DNA of 64,000 nt from positions 58,792 through 122,791 of the forward strand of contig CAYLOH010000001.1 of the NCBI GenBank assembly GCA_964385255.1, written 5' to 3'. The stretch comes from an uncultured Rubrivirga sp. Its GTDB lineage: Bacteria > Actinomycetota > Actinomycetes > S36-B12. Under the pieces are notes generated by a model. It searched no databases. It was not told the DNA's origin and saw only the letters and a program-made list of their open reading frames with translations. Shown piece after piece: positions 1 through 10,286 of the stretch. Numbering within the stretch: the stretch's first letter is position 1; every line of letters starts with the position of its first letter. The translations under genes were made by a program, and so were the position numbers.

Positions 1-51
1 CTCGGCGAGAATTCGACGCCGTCCGTTCCTCGGCTACGGAATAGTGGCCGC

Positions 52-1293
52 GTGACGTCGCTGAGTCCGGGACAGATCATGTTGGCCGCGGCACTGGTGA
101 TGGGACTTGCCACAGCGTGCCAAGTGGTCGCTCCACGGCTGCGCGTTCCCTCGCTGATCCTTCTGCTTCCCGCCGGCTTCCTCCTGGGCGCGGTGGCGCC
201 GCAGTTTCGATTCGACACGATCCTGGGCAACGCATTTCCCGTTGCCGTCGACCTGGTGGTCGCTGTGATCTTGTTCAACGGTGGTCTCGCGCTCAGCAGC
301 AACGCCCTGAGTGGGTCCGACCGCAGGGTTGCCCGGCGACTGGTCTGGATGGGTGCTCCGATCACGTGGCTCGCTGGCTCCGCGGCGGCGCACTACCTGG
401 TCGGCCTGACGTGGTCCATGGCACTCATGCTGGGCGCGTTCATCGTCGTCTCCGGACCGACCGTCGTGACCCCCATTCTCGACTTCGTTCGACCTCGCGG
501 CCGAGTACGAGGGATCCTGCAGTGGGAGGGCACGCTGCTCGACCCCATGGGCGCACTTCTTGCCGTCGTGGTCTTCCAGCTCATCAAGGCCAGTGGGGCA
601 TCCTCCGTCGCGGAGGGAGCGTGGCTGTTCTTCGGAGGACTACTCATCGGCACCGTCGCGGCGGTCTTCGGAGTTGCGCTCTTCGTCATCGGCGGACGAC
701 TCGTTCGCGGCAACAATCTGCTAGGCACGCAGGTCATCCTCGGTTCGGTCATTGTCACAGCCGGGGTTGCGAACTATTTCGTGAGCGAGACAGGCCTCAT
801 CGCAGCCCTGCTGATGGGCCTCGCGGCACCACGCATAGCCAAACGTTTCGGTGCGTCCTTGACGGATTCGAATCCCTTCTTCGATGCCGTCGTGTCCATA
901 GGCATCGGCGTTCTCTTCATTTCAATCGCAGCCCTTGTTCCGGGGGACGCCCTTGCTGCCATTGCGTTGCCGACCCTCGCCATGGCTGTCGTGCTCATCG
1001 TCATCGTCCGACCGATCGTCGCACTCGTGTGCACGACGAAAGCCGGGCTCACCCGCCAGGAGCGCACCTTTATCGCATGGATGGATCCTCGAGGCATCGT
1101 CGCCGCAGCATCGGCGTCCAGCATCGGTGCTGCACTCGTCGCCTCGAAGGTTCCCGGCGCCGAAAAGTTACTACCGGCGACGTTCATCATCATCGCCGCG
1201 ACGGTGGCCGTGTACGGCCTCACCGCCGTTCCCGTGGCTAGCGCCTTGAAACTTCGCGAGGACCAACCGCAGGAGGAGACTGCGGACAGCTAA
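52..1293 (+). CDS. Cation:proton antiporter (Na+/H+ exchanger family)
   Basis: 413-aa polytopic membrane ORF with strong GC3 bias. Its repeated hydrophobic segments (LLLPAGFLLGAV..., GPTVVTPIL) are typical of CPA1-type exchangers. Start is GTG at 52, with an alternative ATG at 79. Confidence 0.75.
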   Translation: MTSLSPGQIMLAAALVMGLATACQVVAPRLRVPSLILLLPAGFLLGAVAPQFRFDTILGNAFPVAVDLVVAVILFNGGLALSSNALSGSDRRVARRLVWMGAPITWLAGSAAAHYLVGLTWSMALMLGAFIVVSGPTVVTPILDFVRPRGRVRGILQWEGTLLDPMGALLAVVVFQLIKASGASSVAEGAWLFFGGLLIGTVAAVFGVALFVIGGRLVRGNNLLGTQVILGSVIVTAGVANYFVSETGLIAALLMGLAAPRIAKRFGASLTDSNPFFDAVVSIGIGVLFISIAALVPGDALAAIALPTLAMAVVLIVIVRPIVALVCTTKAGLTRQERTFIAWMDPRGIVAAASASSIGAALVASKVPGAEKLLPATFIIIAATVAVYGLTAVPVASALKLREDQPQEETADS

Positions 1294-2063
1294 CTCCGTA
1301 TTCGCCGGGCGAAGGAAGCCACCGCGATGACGACAGCAACGCCGAGCAACGTGATGGACGCCCGACTCAACGGTGTAAGGCCAACGATCATCGCTCCGAC
1401 ACTCCAAGCAGCAGGAAAAGCGAGGAAGTACTTCCACTTCGTTCGGAACTCCGGATCCTTGTAGAGGAAACTCGCCGCGAGGTAGCGGGTGCCGTCGACG
1501 AACGGACCCGTGATGGCGATCACCCCTGCCTTGAAGGCGCCGGCCGCGACGAACACCGTGGCGAGGGCACCGAGCGCGAAGGCCGACAACATCACCGACG
1601 CCGCGGCCGCAGCCCAGGCAAGGGACCACAACCTCAGGTCCTGGATCGGGGTGCCCCCGACGGAGGCGAAGAGTTGCCCTCCCAGTACCGACGTGACGGC
1701 CAAGATGAAGGCAACGAGAAACAGCAGGGTGCGGGACCCTTCTGCCCCGGAGAACCAGCGACGCCACCTGCGCACGAACACGACGAACGCGATACCCAGG
1801 GCCGCACCGATCATCGAGCCGAGAGACAAAAGCGCCACCGCCGGCTGCTCGGGCAGCTTGACCCACAGCAACACCATGTTGCCGGCTTGGTTCGCCGTGA
1901 AAACCCCAAAGGATTGGTAATCCCGGGCGTCCATCGCGCCAGCGACCGTGACAAGGACGAGCACCATCGCGAGCGGATGCCTCAGGACCACCGCGGCATC
2001 TGCGTTGACCAGTTGTGCGTCGCCTTGACCCCCGTCGGGCCCGGCTGCATCGACTGCACCCAT
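1290..2063 (-). CDS. DUF1275 (YoaK-like) membrane protein
   Basis: 257-aa multi-TM ORF containing ANQAGNMVLL, which resembles the YoaK/DUF1275 family. It converges on the antiporter gene with a 4-nt overlap. Confidence 0.6.
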   Translation of the reverse strand: MGAVDAAGPDGGQGDAQLVNADAAVVLRHPLAMVLVLVTVAGAMDARDYQSFGVFTANQAGNMVLLWVKLPEQPAVALLSLGSMIGAALGIAFVVFVRRWRRWFSGAEGSRTLLFLVAFILAVTSVLGGQLFASVGGTPIQDLRLWSLAWAAAAASVMLSAFALGALATVFVAAGAFKAGVIAITGPFVDGTRYLAASFLYKDPEFRTKWKYFLAFPAAWSVGAMIVGLTPLSRASITLLGVAVVIAVASFARRIRS

Positions 2064-2080
2064 GGGTTCCTACCTGCGGG

Positions 2081-2896
2081 TCAGACCCCGAAGCGGCGTT
2101 GCCTTTCCGCGTAGGCCCGAAGCGCGCGTAGGAAATCGACCTTCCGGAAATCAGGCCAGAAGGCCTCACAAAAGTAGAACTCCGAATGCGCGCTCTGCCA
2201 CATGAGGAATCCGGACAGGCGTTGCTCGCCGGACGTTCGGATTACCAGGTCCGGATCGGGTTGGCCGCGGGTGTAGAGGTGCTCGGCGATGTGTTCGACG
2301 TCTACCACCTGAGCGAGCTCATCCAGACTGGTTCCTTGACTCGCATGTTCCTGCAAGAGCGAGCGAACAGCGTCGACAACTTCGCGACGACCTCCGTAAC
2401 CGACAGCCACGTTCACCAACGAGCCGTCGATGCCCGCGGTCGCTTCTTCGGCCTCCTTCAGCACGCGAGCCGTGTGATCGGGAAGTAAGTCGAGTGCGCC
2501 CACCGGGTGCAAACGCCAACGTCCCTGCCCTACTAGGCCTTGCACCGTCGCCTCGATGATGCCCAGGAGGGCTTCGAGTTCGGGTTCGGGGCGTGCCAGG
2601 TTGTCCGTTGACAGCAGCCACAGCGTGACGACTTCCACGTTGGCGTCGTCACACCAACCGAGGAAGTCCACGATCTTCGCGGCCCCCGCCGCGTGGCCGA
2701 CGGACGAAGCCGAGCCCTGCGCGCTTGCCCACCTGCGATTGCCGTCCAGGATGACACCGACGTGCTTGGGGATGCGACCGCCTTCCGCGGCACCTGCGAG
2801 TTGGGCATGGAGTCTGCGTTCGTATACGCCGTACACGAGATCGGACAGACCCACATTCACCCCTTTCGACCGGTGGCCAGGTTCGGTAGCGCCCAC
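2081..2896 (-). CDS. uppS: Isoprenyl transferase (undecaprenyl/decaprenyl diphosphate synthase family)
   Basis: Shows the cis-prenyltransferase signatures HVGVILDGNRRWA and RTSGEQRLSGFLMWQSAHSEFYF. Confidence 0.9.
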   Translation of the reverse strand: MGATEPGHRSKGVNVGLSDLVYGVYERRLHAQLAGAAEGGRIPKHVGVILDGNRRWASAQGSASSVGHAAGAAKIVDFLGWCDDANVEVVTLWLLSTDNLARPEPELEALLGIIEATVQGLVGQGRWRLHPVGALDLLPDHTARVLKEAEEATAGIDGSLVNVAVGYGGRREVVDAVRSLLQEHASQGTSLDELAQVVDVEHIAEHLYTRGQPDPDLVIRTSGEQRLSGFLMWQSAHSEFYFCEAFWPDFRKVDFLRALRAYAERQRRFGV

Positions 2897-2918
2897 TCAG
2901 GCTACTCCTGTTCACCTG

Positions 2919-4946
2919 CTAGTCGGTCGCAGTACGCGCACGCACCCGTGATGCCAATTCCGCCACTTCCGTCACAGGGGCATCACATACGAACCCACGG
3001 CAGACGTACGCGGTCGCCCGATCTCCGATCAGTGGCCGGTCGCGCAGAAGCGGCTGGTCCTCGTCGGCGGGCAGCCCCCACGCCACCACGGTGCCCGGTG
3101 AGTTCGCTGCGAACGCGACATCCACGAGTTCGCGCGATCGCCCATCGACGACGACGGCCACCTCGAGTGGTCCGGCCACGAGCGCGCTACCGGCCACCAA
3201 TCCCCAGCCCACGGCGCGGGGGGCACGCTCGGCCAGGGTGGCGACGATGCCGAGTGCCCGCTCGGCGGCTTGCCGGTGGTCGATCGACCCGGTGAGCGCC
3301 GCATAGCTCACCAGAGCATTCGTCACGGCGAACCAGCCGGAGGGTTCGGCGTTGTCCGCGGGGTCCTTCGGGCGACGCACCAACTCCGGCGCATCGTCGG
3401 CGGTGTCGAAGAAGCCACCCGAATCATCCGCAAAGTGCTGGAGGGCGATGTCCAGCAAGATGCCTGCGAACTGGAGCCATGCGACTTCGCCTGTCACTTG
3501 CGCGAGGACGAGGAGTCCTTCAGCGAGACTGCCGTAGTCGTCGAGCACTCCCCGGTTGTTGCCGGCCACGCCATCCTTGGACGTTCGACACAGTCGATCG
3601 TCATCCTGGGCGCCGAGATGAACGGCGATCAGGAGATCGGCAGCTTCCACGGCGGCATCGATCCACGAGGGTTCACCCAAAAGTTGTCCGGCTTCGGCCA
3701 ACGCTGCTATCGCAAGGCCGTTCCAGGAGGCGACCACCTTGTCGTCGCGCCCTGGGTGCACCCTCTGCTCGCGCGCATCGAATAGTCGCCTGCGAACCGA
3801 CTTCCAGCGTTCCCAGTCGTCAGGGTCGCGCAACAACTGCAGCGTGGACGTGCCGTGTTCGAATGTGCCCGCTGAGGTCACATGGAACAGTTCGACAGCC
3901 CACGCGCCATCCTCCGGTCCGAGCACCGTCAGGAGTTGCTCGGGAGTCCAGGCGTAGAACTTGCCTTCCTCTCCTTCGCTGTCGGCGTCCAGGGCTGAGG
4001 CGAAACCACCGTGACGAGTGGCCATGTCCCGGACCAGGAACTCCGCAGTCTCCCGCGCCACGCGCTGGGCCAATGTCGAACCGGTCAGACGCCACCAGTG
4101 CACGTAGACGCGTAAGAGGAGCGCGTTGTCGTAGAGCATTTTCTCGAAGTGCGGCACCACCCAGCGGTCATCGACCGAGTAGCGCGCAAAGCCACCGCCG
4201 AGTTGGTCGTACATGCCACCGCGCGCCATGGCCTCAAGCGTCCACTCGGTCATATCGAGGGCAGCCTGTGCATTCGATGCGTCCGGCAACGCCGCATACC
4301 GGATCAAGAACTCGAGCACCATCGAAGGCGGGAACTTCGGCGCGCCACCGAATCCACCGAAACGCGGGTCGTAATCCTCCAACAGTGATGTGACGGCCGC
4401 GTCCATCTCGCGCAGGGTCGGAGGATGAGCCGCTCCCTCGGCGATCTGCCGACGCGAGAGGGCCTCGACGATGCGTTGTCCCGCCGCCTCGACTTCCTCG
4501 CGGCGTTCCTTCCACGCGTCCGTGATGGCTTGCAGCACCTGCGGGAAGGACGCCATCTGGTGGCGCGGCTCCGGGGGAAAGTACGTGCCGGTGTAGAAGG
4601 GGCGACCGTCATGGTCCAAGAAGACGCTCATCGGCCAACCACCGTGACCAGTCATGGCGACCGTCGCCTCCATGTAGATGGAGTCGATGTCCGGACGCTC
4701 CTCGCGGTCGACCTTGATCGACACGAAGTTCGAATTCAGATACTCCGCAGTTGCGACATCCTCGAAGGATTCATGCGCCATGACATGGCACCAATGACAG
4801 GCCGAGTAACCAATCGACAGGAAGATCGGCAGGCCCCGACGCTTTGCTTCGTCGAAGGCCTCCTCGCTCCATTCCCACCAGTCCACGGGATTGTCCGCAT
4901 GTTGAAGCAGGTACGGCGAGGTCGCATGTGTCAGACGATTGCTCAC
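2919..4946 (-). CDS. Thioredoxin-domain protein (DUF255 / YyaL-like, N-acyl-glucosamine-epimerase-like C-terminus)
   Basis: 675 aa. The N-terminus [17 protein letters not shown]...[11 protein letters not shown] is the hallmark of DUF255 thioredoxin-like proteins. Confidence 0.85.
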   Translation of the reverse strand: MSNRLTHATSPYLLQHADNPVDWWEWSEEAFDEAKRRGLPIFLSIGYSACHWCHVMAHESFEDVATAEYLNSNFVSIKVDREERPDIDSIYMEATVAMTGHGGWPMSVFLDHDGRPFYTGTYFPPEPRHQMASFPQVLQAITDAWKERREEVEAAGQRIVEALSRRQIAEGAAHPPTLREMDAAVTSLLEDYDPRFGGFGGAPKFPPSMVLEFLIRYAALPDASNAQAALDMTEWTLEAMARGGMYDQLGGGFARYSVDDRWVVPHFEKMLYDNALLLRVYVHWWRLTGSTLAQRVARETAEFLVRDMATRHGGFASALDADSEGEEGKFYAWTPEQLLTVLGPEDGAWAVELFHVTSAGTFEHGTSTLQLLRDPDDWERWKSVRRRLFDAREQRVHPGRDDKVVASWNGLAIAALAEAGQLLGEPSWIDAAVEAADLLIAVHLGAQDDDRLCRTSKDGVAGNNRGVLDDYGSLAEGLLVLAQVTGEVAWLQFAGILLDIALQHFADDSGGFFDTADDAPELVRRPKDPADNAEPSGWFAVTNALVSYAALTGSIDHRQAAERALGIVATLAERAPRAVGWGLVAGSALVAGPLEVAVVVDGRSRELVDVAFAANSPGTVVAWGLPADEDQPLLRDRPLIGDRATAYVCRGFVCDAPVTEVAELASRVRARTATD

Positions 4947-5016
4947 ACCCCGCTCCTCCCGCGGGCGACTATCGGCACCTTGTGCCTCGCGATCCCCGCT
5001 GTCTCATGACGTTAGC

Positions 5017-5337
5017 TCAGTGAGGAACCGCGACGTTCAGTAGCACAACGCCGATCACCACGAGCCCGATGCCGACAATGGCGAGGATCGGCAACTGTTC
5101 GCCGAAGATCACGACTCCCGCGATGGTCGCTCCGATGGTGCCGATGCCGGCCCAAATCGCGTAAGCGGTGCTGAGCCCGATGGTCCTGAGAGCGAGAGCC
5201 AGCATGAAGAACGAGAAGCTGTAGCCAACGACGACGGCTATGGCCGGCAGCAGTTTGCTGAACCCGTCGCTGACCTTGAGCATGATCGTTGCGAAGACTT
5301 CGCTCGCGATAGCTATAGCCAAGAGGACCCACGCCAT
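5017..5337 (-). CDS. SMR-family small multidrug/cation efflux protein
   Basis: 106 aa counted from ATG 5337, which is preceded by GGGAGG 5 nt upstream. It has four TM segments, the membrane Glu in IASEVFAT, and AYAIWAGIG. The ORF track's GTG at 5355 is probably too long. Confidence 0.85.
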   Translation of the reverse strand: MAWVLLAIAIASEVFATIMLKVSDGFSKLLPAIAVVVGYSFSFFMLALALRTIGLSTAYAIWAGIGTIGATIAGVVIFGEQLPILAIVGIGLVVIGVVLLNVAVPH

Positions 5338-5408
5338 GCCGCCTCCCGACGCCACAACATTTCAGCCACCGTTGGCCGAGACCATCCTGCCAGTGGCACA
5401 CTCGAGGC

Positions 5409-5609
5409 ATGCACAGGCTCACACATCTACGCGAGGTGAGAGACAAGGGCGCACCTACCCAAGCTCGACGAGCTGGCGAACTGATCGCGCTGTTGGAGTC
5501 AAACGCCGAGGATTACTCGTCCACCACCGAGGCCGATGAACTGATCGAGGCGTATATGCATGACCCGTACTTGACGCGGAACGTCGAGCCGATGGGGAGG
5601 GCTGACTAG
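5409..5609 (+). CDS. Small hypothetical ORF (questionable)
   Basis: 66-aa ORF ending immediately before ATG 5610. The first half has poor GC3 bias, so it may be only a leader region carrying the GGGAGG SD of the next gene. Confidence 0.25.
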   Translation: MHRLTHLREVRDKGAPTQARRAGELIALLESNAEDYSSTTEADELIEAYMHDPYLTRNVEPMGRAD

Positions 5610-6071
5610 ATGTTCGACGATGCCAAGTACATGGCCAAGGAAGCAGTCGACCAGAACAACGCCCTCGCCGCCTTGGACCAGATGCGTGAAGAGAAGACCA
5701 CTCCCGTATGGGCCAGACCGGTGCTGGTGCGCCGTCTCCTGGGCGTGGCCGTCGCGATCGCCGTAGTCGCGGCTCCCCTGGTCACCGCACTGGAGAACCC
5801 GCGATGGTTCATCGCCTACCTGCTCATCACGGTGCTGGCAATCGGTCTCGCGCGCAGTGCGACGCGCGCCGCGACCTCGCCGGTCGGCAGGGCCGAGATC
5901 GCAATCACCTCGATCCTCACCTTCCTATCGGTGCTCGTGGCACTCAGCGCCCAGACGGATACGAATCTGCAAGCGGGGGTCACCGCGACAGCAGGAATCG
6001 GCGTGACCGCCATCACCGGAGCGATCGCTGCCCCATCTCTGGGCCGCCTCTGGCGCGCCGCTACTTCGTAA
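5610..6071 (+). CDS. Hypothetical membrane protein
   Basis: 153 aa with strong GC3 bias, SD GGGAGG upstream, and 3-4 predicted TM helices. No family recognised. Confidence 0.6.
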   Translation: MFDDAKYMAKEAVDQNNALAALDQMREEKTTPVWARPVLVRRLLGVAVAIAVVAAPLVTALENPRWFIAYLLITVLAIGLARSATRAATSPVGRAEIAITSILTFLSVLVALSAQTDTNLQAGVTATAGIGVTAITGAIAAPSLGRLWRAATS

Positions 6072-6960
6072 AGCCTTCCTTCAGCCCATTGACCACCGAG
6101 GTCAACTCACTCGGAAGCACCCAGACCTTGCTCGCCTCACCGTTGGCGATCTCCGGCAGGGTCTCGAGGTAACGGTGCGCAAGCGCGGCCGACGACGGGT
6201 TCACCTCGTGGAGCGCGCCGTAGATCTTCTCGACGGCTAGCGCTTGTCCCTCCGCGCGGATGACCTCCGCCTTCGCATCTGCGTCTGCCCGCAAGACAGC
6301 GGCTTCGGCTTCGCCCTGAGCCGTGAGGATCGCCGACTGCTTAGCGCCCTCAGCAGTCAAGATTGCGGACTGCTTCTGCCCCTCGGCCGTCAGGATCGCA
6401 GCCCGGCGCTCGCGTTCTGCCTTCAACTGCTTCTCCATCGACTCTTGTACCGACGGTGGCGGATCGATGGCCTTCAACTCCACGCGATTGACCCGGATGC
6501 CCCACTTGCCCGTGGCTTCGTCGAGAACTCCGCGGAGCTGCCCATTGATCGCATCACGTGATGTGAGGGTCTCCTCCAAGTCCATCGAGCCGATGACGTT
6601 ACGCAAGGTGGTGACCGTCAATTGCTCGATGCCGAGTATGTAGCTGGAGATCTCGTATGTCGCGGCCTTCGGATCGGTCACCTGGAAGTAGACGACCGTA
6701 TCGATGGATACAACCAGGTTGTCCTCCGTGATGACCGGTTGCGGTGGAAACGAGGCAACCTGTTCGCGCATATCTACCCGCACTCGGATGCGATCGATGA
6801 AGGGAATGAGAATGCTCAAGCCCGGGCTGAGCGTCCGCTGGTAGCGACCGACGCGTTCCACGATCGCCGTGCTCGCCTGGTTGACGATGACGATCGTTCG
6901 CCACAGCAACAGGCCAACGACAATCAAAGCGAATATCGCACCGGATATGAAAGCGATCAT
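6061..6960 (-). CDS. SPFH/band-7 (stomatin-like) protein
   Basis: Has an N-terminal TM, an SPFH core (PPQPVITEDNLVVSIDTVVYFQVTDP) and a C-terminal AILTAEG-type coiled-coil repeat. Confidence 0.9.
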   Translation of the reverse strand: MIAFISGAIFALIVVGLLLWRTIVIVNQASTAIVERVGRYQRTLSPGLSILIPFIDRIRVRVDMREQVASFPPQPVITEDNLVVSIDTVVYFQVTDPKAATYEISSYILGIEQLTVTTLRNVIGSMDLEETLTSRDAINGQLRGVLDEATGKWGIRVNRVELKAIDPPPSVQESMEKQLKAERERRAAILTAEGQKQSAILTAEGAKQSAILTAQGEAEAAVLRADADAKAEVIRAEGQALAVEKIYGALHEVNPSSAALAHRYLETLPEIANGEASKVWVLPSELTSVVNGLKEGFTK

Positions 6961-6980
6961 GACCTACTCCTCGTGGGTTG

Positions 6981-7421
6981 CTAGTCGAGCGGATGGACCA
7001 GTGCGGTGGCACCGTCGATTCGTGTGACGACAAGGCGCGTGCCGGTGGGGACGACCTCGTCGGTGATGTCAGGGTCCAAGCGCGCGGACCATTCCTCCCC
7101 GCGCAACTTCATGCGTCCGTCGTGCACCGAGATCTCCGTGAGCGCCAGGCCTTCTGCTCCCGGGAGGGCATCGACACCGGTACGCGCGCCCGCGGGGACG
7201 CGGCGCACGTGGCGCAGCGCGATGGGTCGGACCAGCAGGATTCCCGCCAGGGCCACACCTGCGGCCACCACGACCGACAGCCACAGCGGTCCACCGGCCA
7301 GGGCCACACCGGCACCGGCGAGGGCTCCCACCCCGATGAGGGCGAAGGTGAGGTCCAGCGTGAAGACCTCGAGCCCGAGCGCGAGGGCCGCGACGATCGC
7401 CCAGACGACTGCTGCAGACAC
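6981..7421 (-). CDS. NfeD-family membrane protein
   Basis: 146 aa with TM helices followed by a C-terminal OB-like segment (GRMKLRGEEWSARLD). It sits in the classic NfeD-upstream-of-SPFH operon arrangement. Confidence 0.8.
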   Translation of the reverse strand: MSAAVVWAIVAALALGLEVFTLDLTFALIGVGALAGAGVALAGGPLWLSVVVAAGVALAGILLVRPIALRHVRRVPAGARTGVDALPGAEGLALTEISVHDGRMKLRGEEWSARLDPDITDEVVPTGTRLVVTRIDGATALVHPLD

Positions 7422-7561
7422 CGGAACCTCCTCTGCCGACCTCCCTCCAGGCTAACCGCGAACCGCACGGGCCACCCGTTGAGAGCGCCAGGCCCCCGGC
7501 CACCCAGCACTTCCCCCATTCGCCCATCGAACTCCGATTTTGCGGATTATTCTTCTAATTT

Positions 7562-7951
7562 ATGACTCAATTGCGGATCAGTGAGGTCGCCGAACTTCTC
7601 GGGGTGAGTGACGACACCGTGCGCCGCTGGATCGACAGTGGACGGTTGACCCCCAGTACCGGCCCCGGCCCGACCACCGTGCCCGGCCGTGAAGTGGCCG
7701 ATCTCATGCGCGAGTCCGCCCCGGAGTTGCCCCACCTGAACATCTCCGCCCGCAATCGCTTCCCCGGGATCGTCACCCGGGTGGAGAAGGACGGGGTCAT
7801 GGCCCTGGTCGAGATCCAGGCGGGGCCGCATCGCGTCATCTCGCTGATGACCCGGGAGGCCGCGGAGGATCTGGGGCTGGAGCCGGGCGTGCGCGCAGCA
7901 GCCTCGATCAAAGCGACGCACGTGGTCGTCGAGGGGATGGATCCCTCGTGA
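7562..7951 (+). CDS. HTH (MerR/excisionase-type) plus TOBE/Mop molybdate-binding regulator
   Basis: The N-terminal LRISEVAELLGVSDDTVRRWIDSGRL is an HTH. The C-terminal ISARNRFPGIVTRVEKDGVMALVEIQAG is a TOBE/Mop domain. GTGA overlap with modA. Confidence 0.8.
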   Translation: MTQLRISEVAELLGVSDDTVRRWIDSGRLTPSTGPGPTTVPGREVADLMRESAPELPHLNISARNRFPGIVTRVEKDGVMALVEIQAGPHRVISLMTREAAEDLGLEPGVRAAASIKATHVVVEGMDPS

Positions 7952-8730
7952 AGTTGCGGCTCCTCGTGGCCGCACTCACAACCGTGACCCTCACGAGTGC
8001 GCCCGCGATTGCAGGTGAGGACTCACCGAAACCATCCGTGCAAAGACTTCCGCCGACCACGATCACCGTGTCCGCGGCAGCATCGCTCAGCAACGTTTTT
8101 CCGGTGATCGGCAACGCCTTCACCAAGCGCCACCCGAACATCACCGTGAAGTTCAATTTCGGTCCATCGAACGGCCTCGTTGAGCAAGTCCGAGCCGGGG
8201 CACCCGTCGATGTCTTGGCAACGGCCGACGAGGCGTCGATGCGGGGGGCCACGGACGATGGACTCGCGGTTCGGCCGATCACATTCGCCCGCAACACGAT
8301 GATGATCGCCGTCCCGAAAGGCAACCCCGCGCAGATACGCAGCGTCGTCGATCTTCAAAGGCGAAATGTGTCGATCGCTTTGTGCAATACGCAGGTTCCC
8401 TGCGGACGCTTGGCAGCTCAGGTGATCGAGAAGAATTCCCTCACCGTGACTCCCGTGTCCCGCGAAGTCGATGTGCGCGGCGTACTCGGCAAGGTGATCG
8501 CCGACGAAGTCGACGCTGGGATCGTCTACTCCACCGACGTCAAGGCATTTCCACGGGACGTCGACGGGATCGTGATACCCATCTCCCGAAACGCAGTGAC
8601 GAACTACCCCATCGCCCGGGTGAGCGACTCTCGGAATCCAGCTGCCGCGGATGCGTTCGTGGACTACGTCCGAACGTCGCCATCCGCTCGACAGATCCTG
8701 CGGGCGTGGGGGTTCTCCACGCCATGGTGA
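7948..8730 (+). CDS. modA: Molybdate ABC transporter substrate-binding protein
   Basis: Has a signal peptide and ITVSAAASLSNVF...FNFGPSNGLVEQVRAGAPVDVLATAD, which is typical of ModA. Confidence 0.85.
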   Translation: MKLRLLVAALTTVTLTSAPAIAGEDSPKPSVQRLPPTTITVSAAASLSNVFPVIGNAFTKRHPNITVKFNFGPSNGLVEQVRAGAPVDVLATADEASMRGATDDGLAVRPITFARNTMMIAVPKGNPAQIRSVVDLQRRNVSIALCNTQVPCGRLAAQVIEKNSLTVTPVSREVDVRGVLGKVIADEVDAGIVYSTDVKAFPRDVDGIVIPISRNAVTNYPIARVSDSRNPAAADAFVDYVRTSPSARQILRAWGFSTPW

Positions 8731-9524
8731 TACCCCGACGACCAGCCTTCCTTCTGATTCCCGGTCTCATTGCCGTGTTCTTCCTCGTGCTTCCGCTCCT
8801 CGTGCTGTTCTTCGATGCCCAGTGGTCGGCGTTTCCCGAGATCCTTCGATCCTCCGTGGCTAGGGAGGCACTTCGGATCTCGATCATCACGTCGTTGTCC
8901 GCAACGGCATTCGCGACGCTCGTCGGCGCACCACTTGCCTGGCTGCTGTCCCGCGACGCACTGCCTGCCACGCGGGTAGTACGCGCCTTGGTGATCGTGC
9001 CGTTGCTTCTGCCGCCTGTCGTGTCGGGCGTTGCGCTCCTCAGCGCCTTCGGGCGTCGCGGATTCATCGGTGGCTGGATCTATCAGCAGACCGGGTGGCA
9101 GTTTCCCTTCAGCACGGCAGGAGTGGTCCTGGCAGCGGCATTCGTGTCCATGCCCTTCCTCGTGATCACGCTCGAGGGTGCCTTTCGCGCACAAGACCGG
9201 GAGATCGAGGAGGCAGCGGCGGTCGACGGTGCCTCACCGCGGGTGATCTTCAGCAAAGTCACCCTTCCCTTGGTGTTCCCGGCACTGATGGCTGGCATAA
9301 CGCTCACCTGGGCTCGCGCGATCGGGGAATTCGGCGCGACCATCACGTTCGCGGGCAATCTCGAGGGGGTGACGCAGACGATGCCCCTCGCCGTTTACAC
9401 GGCCCTCGATGTCGACCGCGACGTGGCGATCGCGTTGAGCATCATCTTGATCGTGGTGGCGGTCGCGATATTGGTTTCCCTGCGCGGGTACTACCTCCCC
9501 CGAGGGGAGCGACAGCGCTCCTAG
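8724..9524 (+). CDS. modB: Molybdate ABC transporter permease
   Basis: Start ATG 8724 (MVIPRRPAFLL) overlaps the modA stop as ATGGTGA. Carries the permease EAA loop EEAAAVDGASPRVIFSKVTLPL. The upstream 114 codons of the tracked ORF are discarded. Confidence 0.85.
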   Translation: MVIPRRPAFLLIPGLIAVFFLVLPLLVLFFDAQWSAFPEILRSSVAREALRISIITSLSATAFATLVGAPLAWLLSRDALPATRVVRALVIVPLLLPPVVSGVALLSAFGRRGFIGGWIYQQTGWQFPFSTAGVVLAAAFVSMPFLVITLEGAFRAQDREIEEAAAVDGASPRVIFSKVTLPLVFPALMAGITLTWARAIGEFGATITFAGNLEGVTQTMPLAVYTALDVDRDVAIALSIILIVVAVAILVSLRGYYLPRGERQRS

Positions 9525-9602
9525 TGGCGAGTGGGCGCCGAGAACGCCCCGCCCAGCACGCGATCTGCAACGTGATGGAACAACACGTGAAAGAGTCCTC
9601 CC

Positions 9603-10280
9603 GTGGCGCAGCAACTCGAGGAACTCGTGCACGAATCGTGGGTCGAGTACCTCGCGGATCAACGGGACAACCTCGCGGCCCTCGGGCGATTCCTTCGAGC
9701 CGAGAACGACGCCAGGCGTCCGTGGGCGCCCGGAGGTTCGAACATCCTTCGTGCCCTGACGCAGCCTCTCGACGACGTTCGTGTGCTCATCGTCGGGCAG
9801 GATCCGTACCCCACTCCCGGACATGCAGTCGGGTTGTCGTTCTCGGTAGACCCGAATGTCAAGCCGATTCCACGCAGCCTGTCGAACATCTACAAGGAAC
9901 TCACCAGCGATCTCGGACTGCCGACACCGGGTAACGGTGATCTCACGCCGTGGGCAGATCAAGGCGTGTTGCTCCTCAATCGTGTTCTCACGGTTCAACT
10001 GGGTCAACCCGGTAGCCATCGGGGCAAGGGCTGGGAGGAGTTCACCGCTGCCGCTATTCGGGCTGTTGCTGCGCGCCCCGATCAGCCGGTCGTCGGGATT
10101 CTCTGGGGTAAGGACGCCCAGGCTGCAGGGGACCTTCTCGACGATGCACCGGTCATCGCGAGCGCACACCCCAGTCCGATGTCAGCCGATCGTGGCTTCT
10201 TCGGCTCCCGGCCCTTCAGTCGCACAAACGAGATGCTCGAGGAGCTCGGGGCCGAACCGATCGACTGGGCCCTTCCGTGA
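9603..10280 (+). CDS. ung: Uracil-DNA glycosylase, family 1
   Basis: Shows the motifs [11 protein letters not shown] and AHPSPMSA. Confidence 0.9.
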   Translation: MAQQLEELVHESWVEYLADQRDNLAALGRFLRAENDARRPWAPGGSNILRALTQPLDDVRVLIVGQDPYPTPGHAVGLSFSVDPNVKPIPRSLSNIYKELTSDLGLPTPGNGDLTPWADQGVLLLNRVLTVQLGQPGSHRGKGWEEFTAAAIRAVAARPDQPVVGILWGKDAQAAGDLLDDAPVIASAHPSPMSADRGFFGSRPFSRTNEMLEELGAEPIDWALP

Positions 10281-10286
10281 TCACCG

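Noticed and set aside
5363-5378. A hairpin with an ACGG tetraloop (minus strand CGGCCA-ACGG-TGGCTG) 26 nt upstream of the SMR gene, reminiscent of one half of a guanidine-II (mini-ykkC) riboswitch.
   Set aside because: That riboswitch class needs two ACGR hairpins, and I found only one within 150 nt. The loop-closing pair is A-U rather than the conserved G-C, and the SD is not sequestered by it. It would be worth a covariance-model scan, but the evidence is insufficient to call.
6240-6430. A roughly 33-bp periodic DNA repeat inside the SPFH gene.
   Set aside because: It encodes the AILTAEG-x-KQS coiled-coil heptad region common at the C-terminus of stomatin-like proteins. It is a coding repeat, not an independent element.
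7422-7561. A Moco riboswitch or classical ModE operator upstream of the mod operon.
   Set aside because: I could not find the conserved Moco-motif helices or a TATAT-N-type ModE palindrome by eye. Only an AT-rich patch next to the start codon is present, and that is noted in the mod finding instead.
8382-8723. N-terminal extensions that the ORF track adds to real genes.
   Set aside because: Affected genes: modB here, plus MFS (22128), msrA (25995), msiK-like (37499), LacI (41737), bglB (34021), FGGY (20255) and the TspO frame (45085). The extensions overlap upstream genes, are Arg/Pro-rich and lack GC3 bias. Internal starts give canonical N-termini and tidy junctions.
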